A stretch of 53,211 nucleotides of DNA from a virus (IMGVR_UViG_3300025875_000036:1-53211), one strand, 5' to 3'. Shown: positions 7,614-17,382, counted from the first letter of the stretch. Made by a program: numbers and translations. The notes: generated by a model not told the origin, from the sequence alone.

Positions 7614-7736
7614 ATGACACGGCCCCAAAGAAAAATAGTCTTGTACTTTATTTTCACCGTTGCAATTTGCCTCGTCGTAGGGGGTTTATCAGCCGTTATT
7701 TTAAATATTATTGATATGCTTAATTTTAAAAAATAA
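7614..7736 (+). CDS. Single-TM peptide (40 aa, not in the ORF track)
   Basis: MTRPQRKIVLYFIFTVAICLVVGGLSAVILNIIDMLNFKK; fits exactly between its neighbours. Confidence 0.6.
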   Translation: MTRPQRKIVLYFIFTVAICLVVGGLSAVILNIIDMLNFKK

Positions 7737-7737
7737 C

Positions 7738-8076
7738 ATGGCCGAGGAACCTGAAAAAATCAGCAAACGCAAACAACTATACATCACCCTCGCTATACAA
7801 CAGTATAACGATATTTATTTACCCCTGGCAAAACAACAGGAGCTCAAAAAAATAACCTCGGAACGTGATTACGTTGAGCGGGCGTTAGCTAATTTTGAGA
7901 ACTGGGAGGTGCAATCAAACCAGTGTAAACTATTAGGACACCAGCAGCAGACGCTCAATTTTTTCGGCAAAGACGTGACAGCATGTGCCCGGTGTGGGGT
8001 TACGGAGCAACTAAGTGATATCCTATTCCCGTCGGTAGCTAACAAGCTAAAAAATGGACTTCCTGACAATACTTAA
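7738..8076 (+). CDS. Hypothetical protein (ATG 7738 preferred)
   Basis: Coiled coil followed by a C...GH...CARCG Zn motif. Confidence 0.65.
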   Translation: MAEEPEKISKRKQLYITLAIQQYNDIYLPLAKQQELKKITSERDYVERALANFENWEVQSNQCKLLGHQQQTLNFFGKDVTACARCGVTEQLSDILFPSVANKLKNGLPDNT

Positions 8077-8329
8077 CATCCATAATCAAAACGAGCTCGA
8101 TAAAAAACTTTTTGGCGAGTATGCTTACCGGCCAATGCCTGAGCCTGGGGCTCTTTGTTTAACTAAAACCGAGCTGGGGTACATGCGGAGCACCGTTACC
8201 CGTGTAGGGGCAACGAGCTTTGATACCGAGTTTGCTTTGCGGTGCCCCCAGCCGGACGGAACCATTGTTTACATAGTCCACACGATGGACGATATACCCC
8301 TTAACCGTTTTAGACCTATAGAATCATGA
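8054..8329 (+). CDS. Hypothetical protein
   Basis: 91 aa; ATGA overlap with the next gene. Confidence 0.65.
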   Translation: MDFLTILNIHNQNELDKKLFGEYAYRPMPEPGALCLTKTELGYMRSTVTRVGATSFDTEFALRCPQPDGTIVYIVHTMDDIPLNRFRPIES

Positions 8330-8550
8330 AATATATTAAATTTGTGTGCGATTCACCTAATTGTAATAATTTTACAAACCTCCACGAAAACAACATCCCC
8401 AACGGTTGGTTAACCATAGGCAACCCCGATAATAATACCCTTGAGGTTGTAAATAATTTACCCGACCCGGCGACACTTAAAGTATCCGCCCACCAGGCTA
8501 TACATTTTTGCTCAAAAGATTGCTTAATTGATTTTTTATTTACAGAGTAA
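8326..8550 (+). CDS. Small treble-clef-like Zn protein
   Basis: CDSPNC...GW...HFCSKDC. Confidence 0.7.
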   Translation: MKYIKFVCDSPNCNNFTNLHENNIPNGWLTIGNPDNNTLEVVNNLPDPATLKVSAHQAIHFCSKDCLIDFLFTE

Positions 8551-8556
8551 ACAGCC

Positions 8557-9291
8557 ATGAACTATTATATTGATACTGAGTTTTTTGAGGGTTTTGTAAA
8601 CCCGTTATGGGGTAAGCGCCGCCATTTTATCGACCTTATAAGTATCGGTATCGTGAGCGGTGACGGGCGCGAGTATTATGAAATTAGTAGCGACTTTGAG
8701 GTGGCCCGTGCCTGGTATAATGCCGACACCTGGGTTCGCGATAATGTATTGCTCCCTATTGTTTTTGAGTGTAGTTATAAAGAGCACTTTATAGGTACAC
8801 CGAGCGAGGGGGTATATCAAAGCTGGGCCGATGGTGTAAAGGAAGCCCCTCAATGGGAGACGTTCTGGTATCACCGGGCGGTATTTTACTTTAAAAAGTA
8901 CGGCAAAAAAAACTCGGTTATCGCCAGCGAGATTGTTTTGTTTGTTTACCGGGGCGCGGCGGTTAAAACAGCTGAGGAGTGGGGTAAAAATGTTAAGTTT
9001 GATTTTTACGGTTATTATGCCGATTACGACTGGGTATTGCTTTGCAGCCTGTTCGGACGGATGGTTGACTTACCTACCGGGTTCCCGATGTTTTGCCGCG
9101 ATTTGCAACAAACCAAACAAGAGCTGGAGGATGCACTTGACAGGCCCGGCACCGACATCGATTATAATTTAAACGAGGATAGCGACTATCCACAGCAAAC
9201 CGGGCAGCATAATGCTTTACAGGACGCCCGCTGGAATAAACAATTACACGAGTTTTTATTAAAATACCGGGAGCGGCAAAAAAATAATTAA
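8557..9291 (+). CDS. DEDDh 3'-5' exonuclease, Rv2179c/RNase AS (DUF5051)-like
   Basis: YYIDTEF, LISIGIV, YYADYDW, CRDLQQ and HNALQDARW motifs. Confidence 0.85.
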   Translation: MNYYIDTEFFEGFVNPLWGKRRHFIDLISIGIVSGDGREYYEISSDFEVARAWYNADTWVRDNVLLPIVFECSYKEHFIGTPSEGVYQSWADGVKEAPQWETFWYHRAVFYFKKYGKKNSVIASEIVLFVYRGAAVKTAEEWGKNVKFDFYGYYADYDWVLLCSLFGRMVDLPTGFPMFCRDLQQTKQELEDALDRPGTDIDYNLNEDSDYPQQTGQHNALQDARWNKQLHEFLLKYRERQKNN

Positions 9292-9306
9292 AAATAATCC
9301 CGTAAA

Positions 9307-9360
9307 AGTTTGCACCTTATTTAATATTTTGCGTATATTTGTATATACTAAAACGGTAAA
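9307..9360 (+). promoter_or_regulatory. Promoter with dyad box, copy 4
   Basis: AGTTTGCA...CGTATATTTGTATATACTAAAACGGTAAA (9332-9360). Confidence 0.88.
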
Positions 9361-9364
9361 TAAG

Positions 9365-9541
9365 ATGACAACTTCAAAATGGAATGCCTTAATTAAAGAG
9401 TATTTGGAAACCGAAGGTTCCGTGCCGGTTACAATTGTTGATAACAATAACAATGTTACCAACAAAAGAATAAAAGGTAATTTGGATTTTGTTAAAGCCG
9501 AATTACAAGAGTTACAAAACCATAATACAGTTTATTTATAA
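9365..9541 (+). CDS. Small hypothetical protein (ATG 9365; the track start lies inside the promoter)
   Basis: 58 aa, MTTSKWNALIK... Confidence 0.65.
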   Translation: MTTSKWNALIKEYLETEGSVPVTIVDNNNNVTNKRIKGNLDFVKAELQELQNHNTVYL

Positions 9542-9542
9542 T

Positions 9543-9570
9543 TTAACCCGCCCCGGTGTAATGCCGGGGC
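9543..9570 (+). other. Intergenic TTAACC + GC hairpin element
   Basis: TTAACCC-GCCCCGG-TGTAATG-CCGGGGC. Confidence 0.6.
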
Positions 9571-9586
9571 ATAACCTAAACAGAAA

Positions 9587-9685
9587 ATGAAAACAACTTT
9601 ACAAGATTTAAAATACTGGGCCATAACAGCCGGTATTTTCGCGGTGAGTGCCGCCGGTGCTACTTATGCCGCCGCAAACTTTTAA
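9587..9685 (+). CDS. Single-TM peptide (32 aa, not in the ORF track)
   Basis: MKTTLQDLKYWAITAGIFAVSAAGATYAAANF, with an A-rich leader. Confidence 0.55.
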   Translation: MKTTLQDLKYWAITAGIFAVSAAGATYAAANF

Positions 9686-9711
9686 CGCCCGCCACGGGCA
9701 CCATAAGCGCC

Positions 9712-9951
9712 ATGAAATACGAGTTACAGATGCACCACACCGACACCGGGCTTTTATTTAGAACGGAGTTATACGATGCGCCCCCGGCCCAGGTTATTGT
9801 CCTGCATGATAGGCTAATTGCCAACTTTAAAGAGAAGGCCGGTTATACCTTAAAAGTTATAAAACACGTCACCGAGGAGCGGGATGTTGACATGGATATA
9901 CTGAGGGCCATAAACACGGCAAAGGCTAAAAAGCAAAAACCGAACCCCTAG
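9712..9951 (+). CDS. Hypothetical protein
   Basis: 79-aa ORF. Confidence 0.65.
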   Translation: MKYELQMHHTDTGLLFRTELYDAPPAQVIVLHDRLIANFKEKAGYTLKVIKHVTEERDVDMDILRAINTAKAKKQKPNP

Positions 9952-10001
9952 GACAAGATGAGTGAGATTATTACTAAAATTAAAAATAGGAGGTTCGAGT
10001 A

Positions 10002-10496
10002 ATGAAGCGGTATATAGAATTTAATTTGCTGGCCGAGTTGCGGGACCATTTACGTAGCGGCAAACTCGGCCACCGGGTTTTTGATTTTACTACCTATAAC
10101 AAAAACGTCTCGGCTGGAACCTACAATGAGCCCGGCCCTACATGCGGGACTCACGGATGCGCCGCCGGGGAGACTCCTGTTTTATGGCCGCTGGCCTGGA
10201 GGTTTAACGACAAGGGATTACCGGTGTTAATTGATAACCAGCTTATTAAAAGCGCCTCCGATGAGTATCTTGACACTAAAGGCCGCGACGGGTTTGCTAT
10301 GATGCCAACCCATTACTCTTTGATAGCCTTTTTCGGTACTACCTACGACGAGACGGTCCACCTGTTTTACCCCCGGCACCAGGAACCGGAAAAGTACGGC
10401 GGAGTTAAGCTCCCCGATAAAGCAACCCGCTTTCAGGTTGCCGATAACATCGATGCCTTTATAAGTTTTATGCAAAATAAATCAATTAACCTTTAA
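10002..10496 (+). CDS. Hypothetical protein with CGTxGCAAG motif
   Basis: FDF...CGTHGCAAG...FFG...LF pattern seen in small phage proteins. Confidence 0.75.
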   Translation: MKRYIEFNLLAELRDHLRSGKLGHRVFDFTTYNKNVSAGTYNEPGPTCGTHGCAAGETPVLWPLAWRFNDKGLPVLIDNQLIKSASDEYLDTKGRDGFAMMPTHYSLIAFFGTTYDETVHLFYPRHQEPEKYGGVKLPDKATRFQVADNIDAFISFMQNKSINL

Positions 10497-10506
10497 AATT
10501 AAAACA

Positions 10507-10875
10507 ATGCAAAACGAGGAATCAAAAACAATGCAAAACGACAAGGATAAAGCAAAAAAAGAGGTCAAAGACATGCTACCTGAGTGTAACATGTTCGGTA
10601 AAATATGCGATGACTTTACCGCAAAGTTCCACCCCGATGCCGACGAGGATAAAAAGGAGCTTATAAAAGAGGCCTTTTTTAGCGGCTCGGCGGCTATGTT
10701 TTCCATGCTAGAGATGCGGTTACCTAAAGCCCCCGGCCATATCGGCATCATAATGAAATTGCTTATCAGGATAGAGATACAGGAGTGGACAAAAGAAAGC
10801 CGCCCCGGCATGGAAGCAAATAAGGAGAACGATGCGGAGCAGGCATTAAAAAAAGAGGCAAATACAACCGTTTAA
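10507..10875 (+). CDS. Hypothetical protein, paralog of 10897-11244
   Basis: Core KELIKEAFFSGSAAMF. Confidence 0.7.
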   Translation: MQNEESKTMQNDKDKAKKEVKDMLPECNMFGKICDDFTAKFHPDADEDKKELIKEAFFSGSAAMFSMLEMRLPKAPGHIGIIMKLLIRIEIQEWTKESRPGMEANKENDAEQALKKEANTTV

Positions 10876-10896
10876 CCGTACAAACTTAAAAATAAG

Positions 10897-11244
10897 ATGC
10901 AAAATATTAGTATAGAAGCAAACTTTAAAGAGTTTATTGATAAAACCAAGCCCGGTTTCGCCATGTTACCGGAGAAGGAGCAAAAAGATATAAAAACGAC
11001 ATTTTTTGCCGGTGCCGCCTCAACCTTTAACACAATAACCAGCGACATCGCGTCTATGTCCGACGAGGACGCCAACCAGGCTTTAAACAACCTTAATTCT
11101 GAGATATCAAAGTTTGTAACTGAAAAAATAAAAGAGTCTATGATGCAAGAGGGCAACGCCAACCAGCTTGTTATGGCCATACTCGATACGATTGAGTCAA
11201 TAAAAGAAGAGCGCCGGGCTAAACAAGCCGAGGGGAATACATAA
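10897..11244 (+). CDS. Hypothetical protein, paralog of 10507-10875
   Basis: Core QKDIKTTFFAGAASTF. Confidence 0.7.
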   Translation: MQNISIEANFKEFIDKTKPGFAMLPEKEQKDIKTTFFAGAASTFNTITSDIASMSDEDANQALNNLNSEISKFVTEKIKESMMQEGNANQLVMAILDTIESIKEERRAKQAEGNT

Positions 11245-11290
11245 GGGGCGCACAACATACCGCCTTAACCGGGTATAGCATACGCCCGGT

Positions 11291-11324
11291 AAAAACCAGC
11301 CTTTTAACCGGGGCTGGTTTTTTT
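11291..11324 (+). terminator. Intrinsic terminator (bidirectional type) before terL
   Basis: AAAAACCAGCC-loop-GGCTGGTTTTTTT. Confidence 0.8.
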
Positions 11325-11348
11325 GTTCCCGGTTGCGTATATTGCGCC

Positions 11349-12839
11349 ATGATTAAGACCGCCCCCGGCAAAGAAAAAATACGTGAGGAGATGGCCCGCC
11401 GTAAATTGTTACGGTTTGTAACCTACATACGCAAAGATTACGAGGTTAACTGGCACCATGCGTATATTTGCGCCGCGTTGGATATGTTTGCCCGTGGGTT
11501 GATTAAAAACTTGATGATATTTGTGCCGCCCCAGCACGGCAAAAGTGAACTAAGCAGCCGCCAGTTACCGGCGTACATGCTGGGCCTTAACCCCGACAAT
11601 CGGATTGCGGTTTGTAGTTATAGCGATACTTTGAGCGGGCGGTTTAGCCGCGACTGTCAAAAAATTATCGATAGCGCCGAGTATAAAAAACTATTCCCCC
11701 GTACCTTTTTAAGCAGCAAGACGACTAAAAAAACTGACGTAGCTTACCAGCGCAATAGTGATATATTTGAGATTGTAGGTCACAAAGGCTATTACATGTC
11801 AGCTGGTATCCGTACCGGCTTAACCGGTAACAGCGTCGACATCGGTATTATTGATGACCCGTTCAAAGACCGTTTAGAGGCCGAGAGCCAAACTATGCGG
11901 GATAATGTTTGGAATTGGTACACGGACGTTTATAAAACCCGGCTACATAACGGCTCTCAAACCTTATTGCTACAAACCCGCTGGCACGAGGACGACTTGG
12001 CCGGGCGTTTACTTGCTAAAGACGATGAGCGAGCGGCCCAGGGCTTTATGCGTAAATGGACCGTTATCAACCTACCGGCAATCAAGGAGGACAACAGTAA
12101 CCCCGACGACCCCCGGCAAATAGGGGAGGCACTTTGGGAATCAAAACATAGCCGAGAGACTATACTTGAGCAGAAGGATATTAACCTCCGAACTTATTAT
12201 AGTTTATACCAGCAGCGGCCCCGCCCTCTTGAGGGTAACATTATTAAAACCGAGAAATTTAGTATCATAACCTGGGCCGACTTCCTTGAGTTGGTTAAGC
12301 ATAAACCGACACCCGTTTGGCAGTTTAAAGGTGATACGGCTTATACCGAGAAAACACAAAACGACCCCTCAGCTTTTTTAAGTGCTACGCTAATTGATAA
12401 CATTACCTATATCCGCCGGGTAAAATCAGTTCGTAAAGAGTTACCCGAGGCGATTGAGTACGTCAAGGAGTTTGCCGCCCTAAACGGGTATGGCGATAAA
12501 AGTTATATCCGCATAGAGCCGAAAGCGAGCGGGCTTAGTATCGTACAAGCCATTAAAAAAGGTACGATGTTAAATGTTGAGCCGTTTAAGTTCCCTAAAG
12601 TTAGGGGCGTCCGGATGGATAATAAAGACAAGGTTACCCGTGCCCATGCTATTACGGATATTATACAAGTAGGGCGCGTGGTGTTGATTGACGACGGCAC
12701 CGGGTGGGTAAAAACCTTTATGGATCAGTGTAGCGGGTTCCCTAATGCAACCCATGATGACGAGGTTGACGTGTTTGTGATGCAGCTCTTAGAGTTTTAT
12801 TTCGGTAAAGTAAAGAAAAAAATAAAAAATATTAATTAG
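11349..12839 (+). CDS. terL: Terminase large subunit
   Basis: Walker A PPQHGKS, Walker B IGIIDDP, QTRWHEDDLAG, YQQRP and nuclease-end FPNATHDDEVD. Confidence 0.95.
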   Translation: MIKTAPGKEKIREEMARRKLLRFVTYIRKDYEVNWHHAYICAALDMFARGLIKNLMIFVPPQHGKSELSSRQLPAYMLGLNPDNRIAVCSYSDTLSGRFSRDCQKIIDSAEYKKLFPRTFLSSKTTKKTDVAYQRNSDIFEIVGHKGYYMSAGIRTGLTGNSVDIGIIDDPFKDRLEAESQTMRDNVWNWYTDVYKTRLHNGSQTLLLQTRWHEDDLAGRLLAKDDERAAQGFMRKWTVINLPAIKEDNSNPDDPRQIGEALWESKHSRETILEQKDINLRTYYSLYQQRPRPLEGNIIKTEKFSIITWADFLELVKHKPTPVWQFKGDTAYTEKTQNDPSAFLSATLIDNITYIRRVKSVRKELPEAIEYVKEFAALNGYGDKSYIRIEPKASGLSIVQAIKKGTMLNVEPFKFPKVRGVRMDNKDKVTRAHAITDIIQVGRVVLIDDGTGWVKTFMDQCSGFPNATHDDEVDVFVMQLLEFYFGKVKKKIKNIN

Positions 12840-12906
12840 GTTCTTAAAAAATACCGTACATTAACAGCGTTATCATAAAACCTAACCCTTTAAAACGTTT
12901 TTATTT

Positions 12907-13551
12907 ATGAAATGTCCATGCCCAACCCCTCCCGGCATACCGGATATCCCGGATTTTGACTGCGAGTTTAAAATGGACCAGATTGTTCGGCTGATGTTTC
13001 AGCTTATACAACCTGGTAACGCCTCAACGTTTACCGCCGTGGCCGGCGGCGGTTTAGAAGATATTGCGGCTATAGATGCTGGCCGAGCCTTGGTAGCAAC
13101 CGACCCGGCCCGCCTTGTTTTGACCCCTTACTTTGGCGGTATGGTTATCCCTCCGTCCGAGGCTCAAACTGAAGGAGGTAACGATAACTCAACTCCGTTC
13201 GGGGTTGCCATCGATTTAGGCGAGACATCGGTTACTGTTAATGGTCTTTTCCGAAATATCCCACCAGCGGTAAAACGTGCGCTGGATGCTTACCGGTGTT
13301 TATCGCAATCCGCGTTCGGCGCTCCACGTATCGGCGCCTATTTTATAAACAAAGAGGGCGAGATTTTTCACAACCTTAACACCGGCGGTTTGCCGGTTGG
13401 TATACCTCTTTATAATTTCCGGACTAGCTCCAGGGGTTCTGAGGGTTTTAACCAAGCGGATAAAGTTAACTTCGGGTTTGGTTTACAATCGAACTGGGAT
13501 AACAACCTGGTTAAAACTATCCCGAATTATGGTTTAGTTGAGCTTACCTAA
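12907..13551 (+). CDS. Virion structural protein, probable major tail tube
   Basis: 214 aa; the CPCP...PDIP..C...QI...FQ start and GG.N.T..G recall a Bacteroides B40-8-type virion protein (from memory). Confidence 0.6.
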   Translation: MKCPCPTPPGIPDIPDFDCEFKMDQIVRLMFQLIQPGNASTFTAVAGGGLEDIAAIDAGRALVATDPARLVLTPYFGGMVIPPSEAQTEGGNDNSTPFGVAIDLGETSVTVNGLFRNIPPAVKRALDAYRCLSQSAFGAPRIGAYFINKEGEIFHNLNTGGLPVGIPLYNFRTSSRGSEGFNQADKVNFGFGLQSNWDNNLVKTIPNYGLVELT

Positions 13552-13563
13552 TCAAAGTAACTT

Positions 13564-13761
13564 ATGGCAAACCGTAAAACCGGGCCGACAGTTGAATTGA
13601 TACTAAGAGGGGATTCGGAAAACAAACGGGCAATGTCTGTTGAGCAAGCCGAATCCCTTTTAAGGTTCCAACAAATAAGAGGCCGAAACAACTGGGCTTT
13701 AATGCCTAAAAGCAGATACACGTTCACCGATGGCAAACTTATCAAACGTTCAAATAAATAG
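13564..13761 (+). CDS. Small conserved protein upstream of portal
   Basis: 65 aa; AE.LLR...W.L...Y.F..G motif; overlaps the portal start. Confidence 0.65.
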   Translation: MANRKTGPTVELILRGDSENKRAMSVEQAESLLRFQQIRGRNNWALMPKSRYTFTDGKLIKRSNK

Positions 13762-15595
13762 CATTTTTGAGAAGTCAAAAAACCGCGATATGATTGACCG
13801 ATGTATCGGCCAGCATGAGAGGCTAAGGTTGCACGTACAACCGGCACTGGACGCACGAGAGGTATCCCCGGCGTACCGTGTGTTCTTGAGGTGGCTAAAA
13901 GGTTATTTGACAAATGATAAGTATGAACAGGTTATACAGTTATTAACGTTCCCACTCCCCACGGTTGACTTAACCGAGAGTATTTTTAATGAGTTAAGCC
14001 GGGCGCTGGAGGGGGAGAACGGTTATACTAAATTTGATTTTACCGTTGATAATGCGGGAGAAGACTTTAACGACTACATTATTGTAAAACTAAAGGAAGA
14101 GGACTTTTTTTTACGCGAGGGCTTTGAGACCTTTAAGGTTGCCATTAATAACGTTTTAGTGGTTGATTTGCCCGTCACCCAGACCGGCACTTTACCGGAT
14201 CCGTACTTTTATTTTTTAGAACCCGAGCTATTATATGACATTGACATCAATTACAAGGGGGTTATCGAGTATATCGTTTTTAACGAGGCAAATAACCCAA
14301 ATATCCGCTACGTTTTTGATGATAGTTTTTATCGTACCTACACCCGCAAAGAGCAAACCGATATATTTACCTTACAATCGGAGGTTCGCCACAGCGAGTA
14401 CACCGCCGACGGAGAACGAATTACCGGTTTAGGGTATTGCCCGGCCCGTATGTTTTGGGATATACCGCAAACGCGGCCCGAGATTATGCAACGAAAAGGC
14501 CCGCTCACCTCAAAGCTGGGTAAACTGGATAAACTACTTTTCTGGGATGTAAGCACCGAGTATTATGAGAGCTACGGCACGTACCCTATTTACTGGGAGT
14601 ACGACAACGATGAATCGTGTGACTACGAGGACGGCGCGGGCAACCATTGTGAGGGCGGTTTTATAGGCGGCATGGCGGCGAACGGTGCCGTACTTGATAA
14701 ACGGGTTTGCCCTAAGTGTGCCCGTAATAACTATGTCGGCCCCGGTTCCGTTAAGCGGATAGAGCCGCCGGTTGATAACACCGATGCAGATTTAAGAGAA
14801 CCCGCCGGTATTATACCCGTGGATGTACCCGCTTTACAAAACGCCCAAGAGCGGTTAGATGCCAGATATGAAAAATTATTTATATCGGTAGTAGGTAAAG
14901 GCGGCGAGCCTAAAAACGACCAAGCTAAAAACCAAAAGCAAGTTGAGACGAGCTTAAACAGTAAAGAGAACGTCTTGCTTACTATCAAGGGGGCTTGGGA
15001 ACGGGCACGTAAATGGGGTCTGGATACGGTTGCCCGGTTACGCTACGGCGATGCTTTTATCGGTAGCACCTTAATAATGGGCGATGAGTTTTATTTAGTT
15101 GATGAGGCTGACTTACAGGAGCAATATTTAGCAGCAAAGGAAAAAGGGGCGCCGGCATACGTGCTGGCCGAGATGCTAAAAAACCTCCAACAAACAAAAT
15201 ACCGTTCTAACCCCGAGCAAATACAACGTATCGACATCCTGGCCGAGGTGTACCCTTACCCCGACCATAGTGTTGAGGAGTTGACTTTAATCGACGCCCA
15301 AAGCCCCGGTTTAATAAACCCCGATTTATTATTGCTTAAAATCGGATTTAATATGTATATTAGGCGCTTTGAAACCGAGGAGCTCGATTTAGTTAGGTTC
15401 GGTATCAAGTTAGATTTTAAAAATAAAATAGATTTAATCAAAACTAAATTACTAAGTTATGTCACAACAGATAAAACAGCCGCAAGTTCATGGGCTGACA
15501 GCCGAAGAGCTCAACAAATTGCAGACAAGCCAAGCGGGCCAGGTAATGGCAACATCGGGGGACAACCAAAAGGGAACGATAATCCCCGAGCATGA
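13730..15595 (+). CDS. Portal protein with Cys4 insertion
   Basis: 621 aa, helical, between terL and scaffold/capsid; H..GYCPA..FW motif. Confidence 0.8.
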   Translation: MANLSNVQINSIFEKSKNRDMIDRCIGQHERLRLHVQPALDAREVSPAYRVFLRWLKGYLTNDKYEQVIQLLTFPLPTVDLTESIFNELSRALEGENGYTKFDFTVDNAGEDFNDYIIVKLKEEDFFLREGFETFKVAINNVLVVDLPVTQTGTLPDPYFYFLEPELLYDIDINYKGVIEYIVFNEANNPNIRYVFDDSFYRTYTRKEQTDIFTLQSEVRHSEYTADGERITGLGYCPARMFWDIPQTRPEIMQRKGPLTSKLGKLDKLLFWDVSTEYYESYGTYPIYWEYDNDESCDYEDGAGNHCEGGFIGGMAANGAVLDKRVCPKCARNNYVGPGSVKRIEPPVDNTDADLREPAGIIPVDVPALQNAQERLDARYEKLFISVVGKGGEPKNDQAKNQKQVETSLNSKENVLLTIKGAWERARKWGLDTVARLRYGDAFIGSTLIMGDEFYLVDEADLQEQYLAAKEKGAPAYVLAEMLKNLQQTKYRSNPEQIQRIDILAEVYPYPDHSVEELTLIDAQSPGLINPDLLLLKIGFNMYIRRFETEELDLVRFGIKLDFKNKIDLIKTKLLSYVTTDKTAASSWADSRRAQQIADKPSGPGNGNIGGQPKGNDNPRA

Positions 15596-16352
15596 GCGGC
15601 ACCTAATCCACGTCGAGCTCCGGATGGCCGGTTATAACGAAACAACCGGGGCACCTAAATACCAGCCGTTTACCCAAAAATTTACCGAGGCCGAGTTTAA
15701 TCAAACTAAAGGCGTGGGCGGTTTTGAGGGTTACGAGGTTAAGGTGTTAAGCAAGCCCTCAGATTATGAGATAAGCCAAGGCGACCTTAAACGGCAACTG
15801 GCCACCGGCCCGTTATTAGGTCAGGCCTCTACCGAAAAAGGCCCGGCTGGTTCAATCGCTACAACCGCCGCCGCTACATTGGCACAAACCCAGGGCGAGG
15901 TAAAATTAGAAGGCGACCATTTACTCACCCCCGATAATGTATTGCGTAAAGAGAGCGAGCAACCTACCGGCACCGTGTTACAATACGATGCAAGCCTGGC
16001 CCGGCAAACAACTAACGCGGGTAACGGTGTTCTAGATACCGAGCTTAAAGATGTTACCGGTGAGCCCGGCCCACAGGGTGACCCCCAGAGCGTTGAGCTG
16101 AATGACCAACGGGCTTTGGTTGTACCTAATTTAAACCCGCTGGAGCTGAAGCAAGATACCGCCGAGACCCAGGACGGCCCGTTTGCAAATAACGGTTTGA
16201 TACAAGACCCGGCACCAGGTACAACCCCGGCGGCACCGCAAACCCCGAAGCAAAAATTGCAAGCCGATTACGAGCGGGTGGTAGGTACTAAACCGTCTGA
16301 TGACCTTACGATGAAAGAACTGGCCGAGCAGATTGATAAGCACGGCAAATAA
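15459..16352 (+). CDS. Head-module hypothetical protein (low-complexity middle, short helical C-terminus)
   Basis: 297 aa; overlaps the portal by 137 nt. Confidence 0.7.
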   Translation: MSQQIKQPQVHGLTAEELNKLQTSQAGQVMATSGDNQKGTIIPEHERHLIHVELRMAGYNETTGAPKYQPFTQKFTEAEFNQTKGVGGFEGYEVKVLSKPSDYEISQGDLKRQLATGPLLGQASTEKGPAGSIATTAAATLAQTQGEVKLEGDHLLTPDNVLRKESEQPTGTVLQYDASLARQTTNAGNGVLDTELKDVTGEPGPQGDPQSVELNDQRALVVPNLNPLELKQDTAETQDGPFANNGLIQDPAPGTTPAAPQTPKQKLQADYERVVGTKPSDDLTMKELAEQIDKHGK

Positions 16353-16452
16353 TACAACCCCCCGAAAAGGGGCCGGGCCGGACATTAGGTGCCGCTCGGC
16401 CCCGCTAGGGAGTTATTAACATATTAACAATTTTATACACAATTTAAAAACC

Positions 16453-16473
16453 CGTAAACGAGGGAAGTTTATG
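16453..16473 (+). promoter_or_regulatory. GAGGGAA-loop hairpin masking the scaffold start codon
   Basis: CGTAAAC-GAGGGAA-GTTTATG; the ATG lies in the 3' arm. Confidence 0.6.
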
Positions 16474-17379
16474 CCAATTCAACCAGAGGATTTAGTAGCA
16501 TTAGAGGCAATATTAAGCAGCGATAAAGCCGAACACGATTTATTGAAACCGCTTACAGATAAGGGGTTTATAATCCGTACACCTAAAGAGGAGGAAACAT
16601 TTAGAACTAACTACGTTGAGAGCAAGTTTGCCGAGCGCGAGCCGACAGCTTACAAAAACGTAGAGCAAGCCGTGGAGGAGCTAACCGGCATTAAAAAATC
16701 AAGCCCTACCGAGAAAGCCAGCGATTATTATACTCGGGCCATGAAGGAGTATAAAACCAGCGTAGAGGGTATCCGCTCCGAGCTTGCAACCCTAAAAGAA
16801 AAAGGCACCGAGGGTAACCCCGATGCAACTAAACGTATAACAGAACTTGAGACGTTACTCACCACAAAAGAAGCCGCCCACACCAAAGAGCTCACTAAAA
16901 AGGAGCAAGAGGTGTTCACCGCCCGCATCGAATCCCAAGTCGAGACCGCCGTTGCCACCCTCCGGGACAAATTAAAGACCCAGTACAAGGGGGTTGAGGA
17001 TGATATAATCGACGCTAAACTTGTTAAGTTTTACAAAACCCATACCCCTAAAAAGTTAATAACCGGCGAAACTGTATGGGAGGACAAAGACGGCAAAACC
17101 GTAAACGACCCAAAGGATTTTACCCCCCTGGGCACTAAGGCCGTAGTAACTAACTTTTTTAGCGACTTACTTGAGGAGAAAAAAGAGCAAGGCGGAGCCG
17201 GTAGCGGCCAGCAAGGAGGCTCAAAATACAAGCCGGGTGATCCCGTACCTAAACCGGGGCCGGAGGTTAAAAACCGTATCCAGTTGCATACCTATTTAAG
17301 CGAGTTCGGCTTAGTTAAGGATAGCCCCGAGTTTAACGAGGCATATAAAAAATTTAAAGAGGGTTTGCCTTTGCGGTAA
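16471..17379 (+). CDS. Capsid scaffolding protein
   Basis: 302 aa, charged coiled coil, GGAGS linker, directly upstream of the capsid gene. Confidence 0.75.
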   Translation: MPIQPEDLVALEAILSSDKAEHDLLKPLTDKGFIIRTPKEEETFRTNYVESKFAEREPTAYKNVEQAVEELTGIKKSSPTEKASDYYTRAMKEYKTSVEGIRSELATLKEKGTEGNPDATKRITELETLLTTKEAAHTKELTKKEQEVFTARIESQVETAVATLRDKLKTQYKGVEDDIIDAKLVKFYKTHTPKKLITGETVWEDKDGKTVNDPKDFTPLGTKAVVTNFFSDLLEEKKEQGGAGSGQQGGSKYKPGDPVPKPGPEVKNRIQLHTYLSEFGLVKDSPEFNEAYKKFKEGLPLR

Positions 17380-17382
17380 AAA

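Noticed and set aside
9329-9364. Track start codons at 9329 and 42454 giving similar 'RIFVYTKT' N-termini
   Set aside because: The shared peptide is simply the translated promoter repeat; real starts are the downstream ATGs (9365, 42505).
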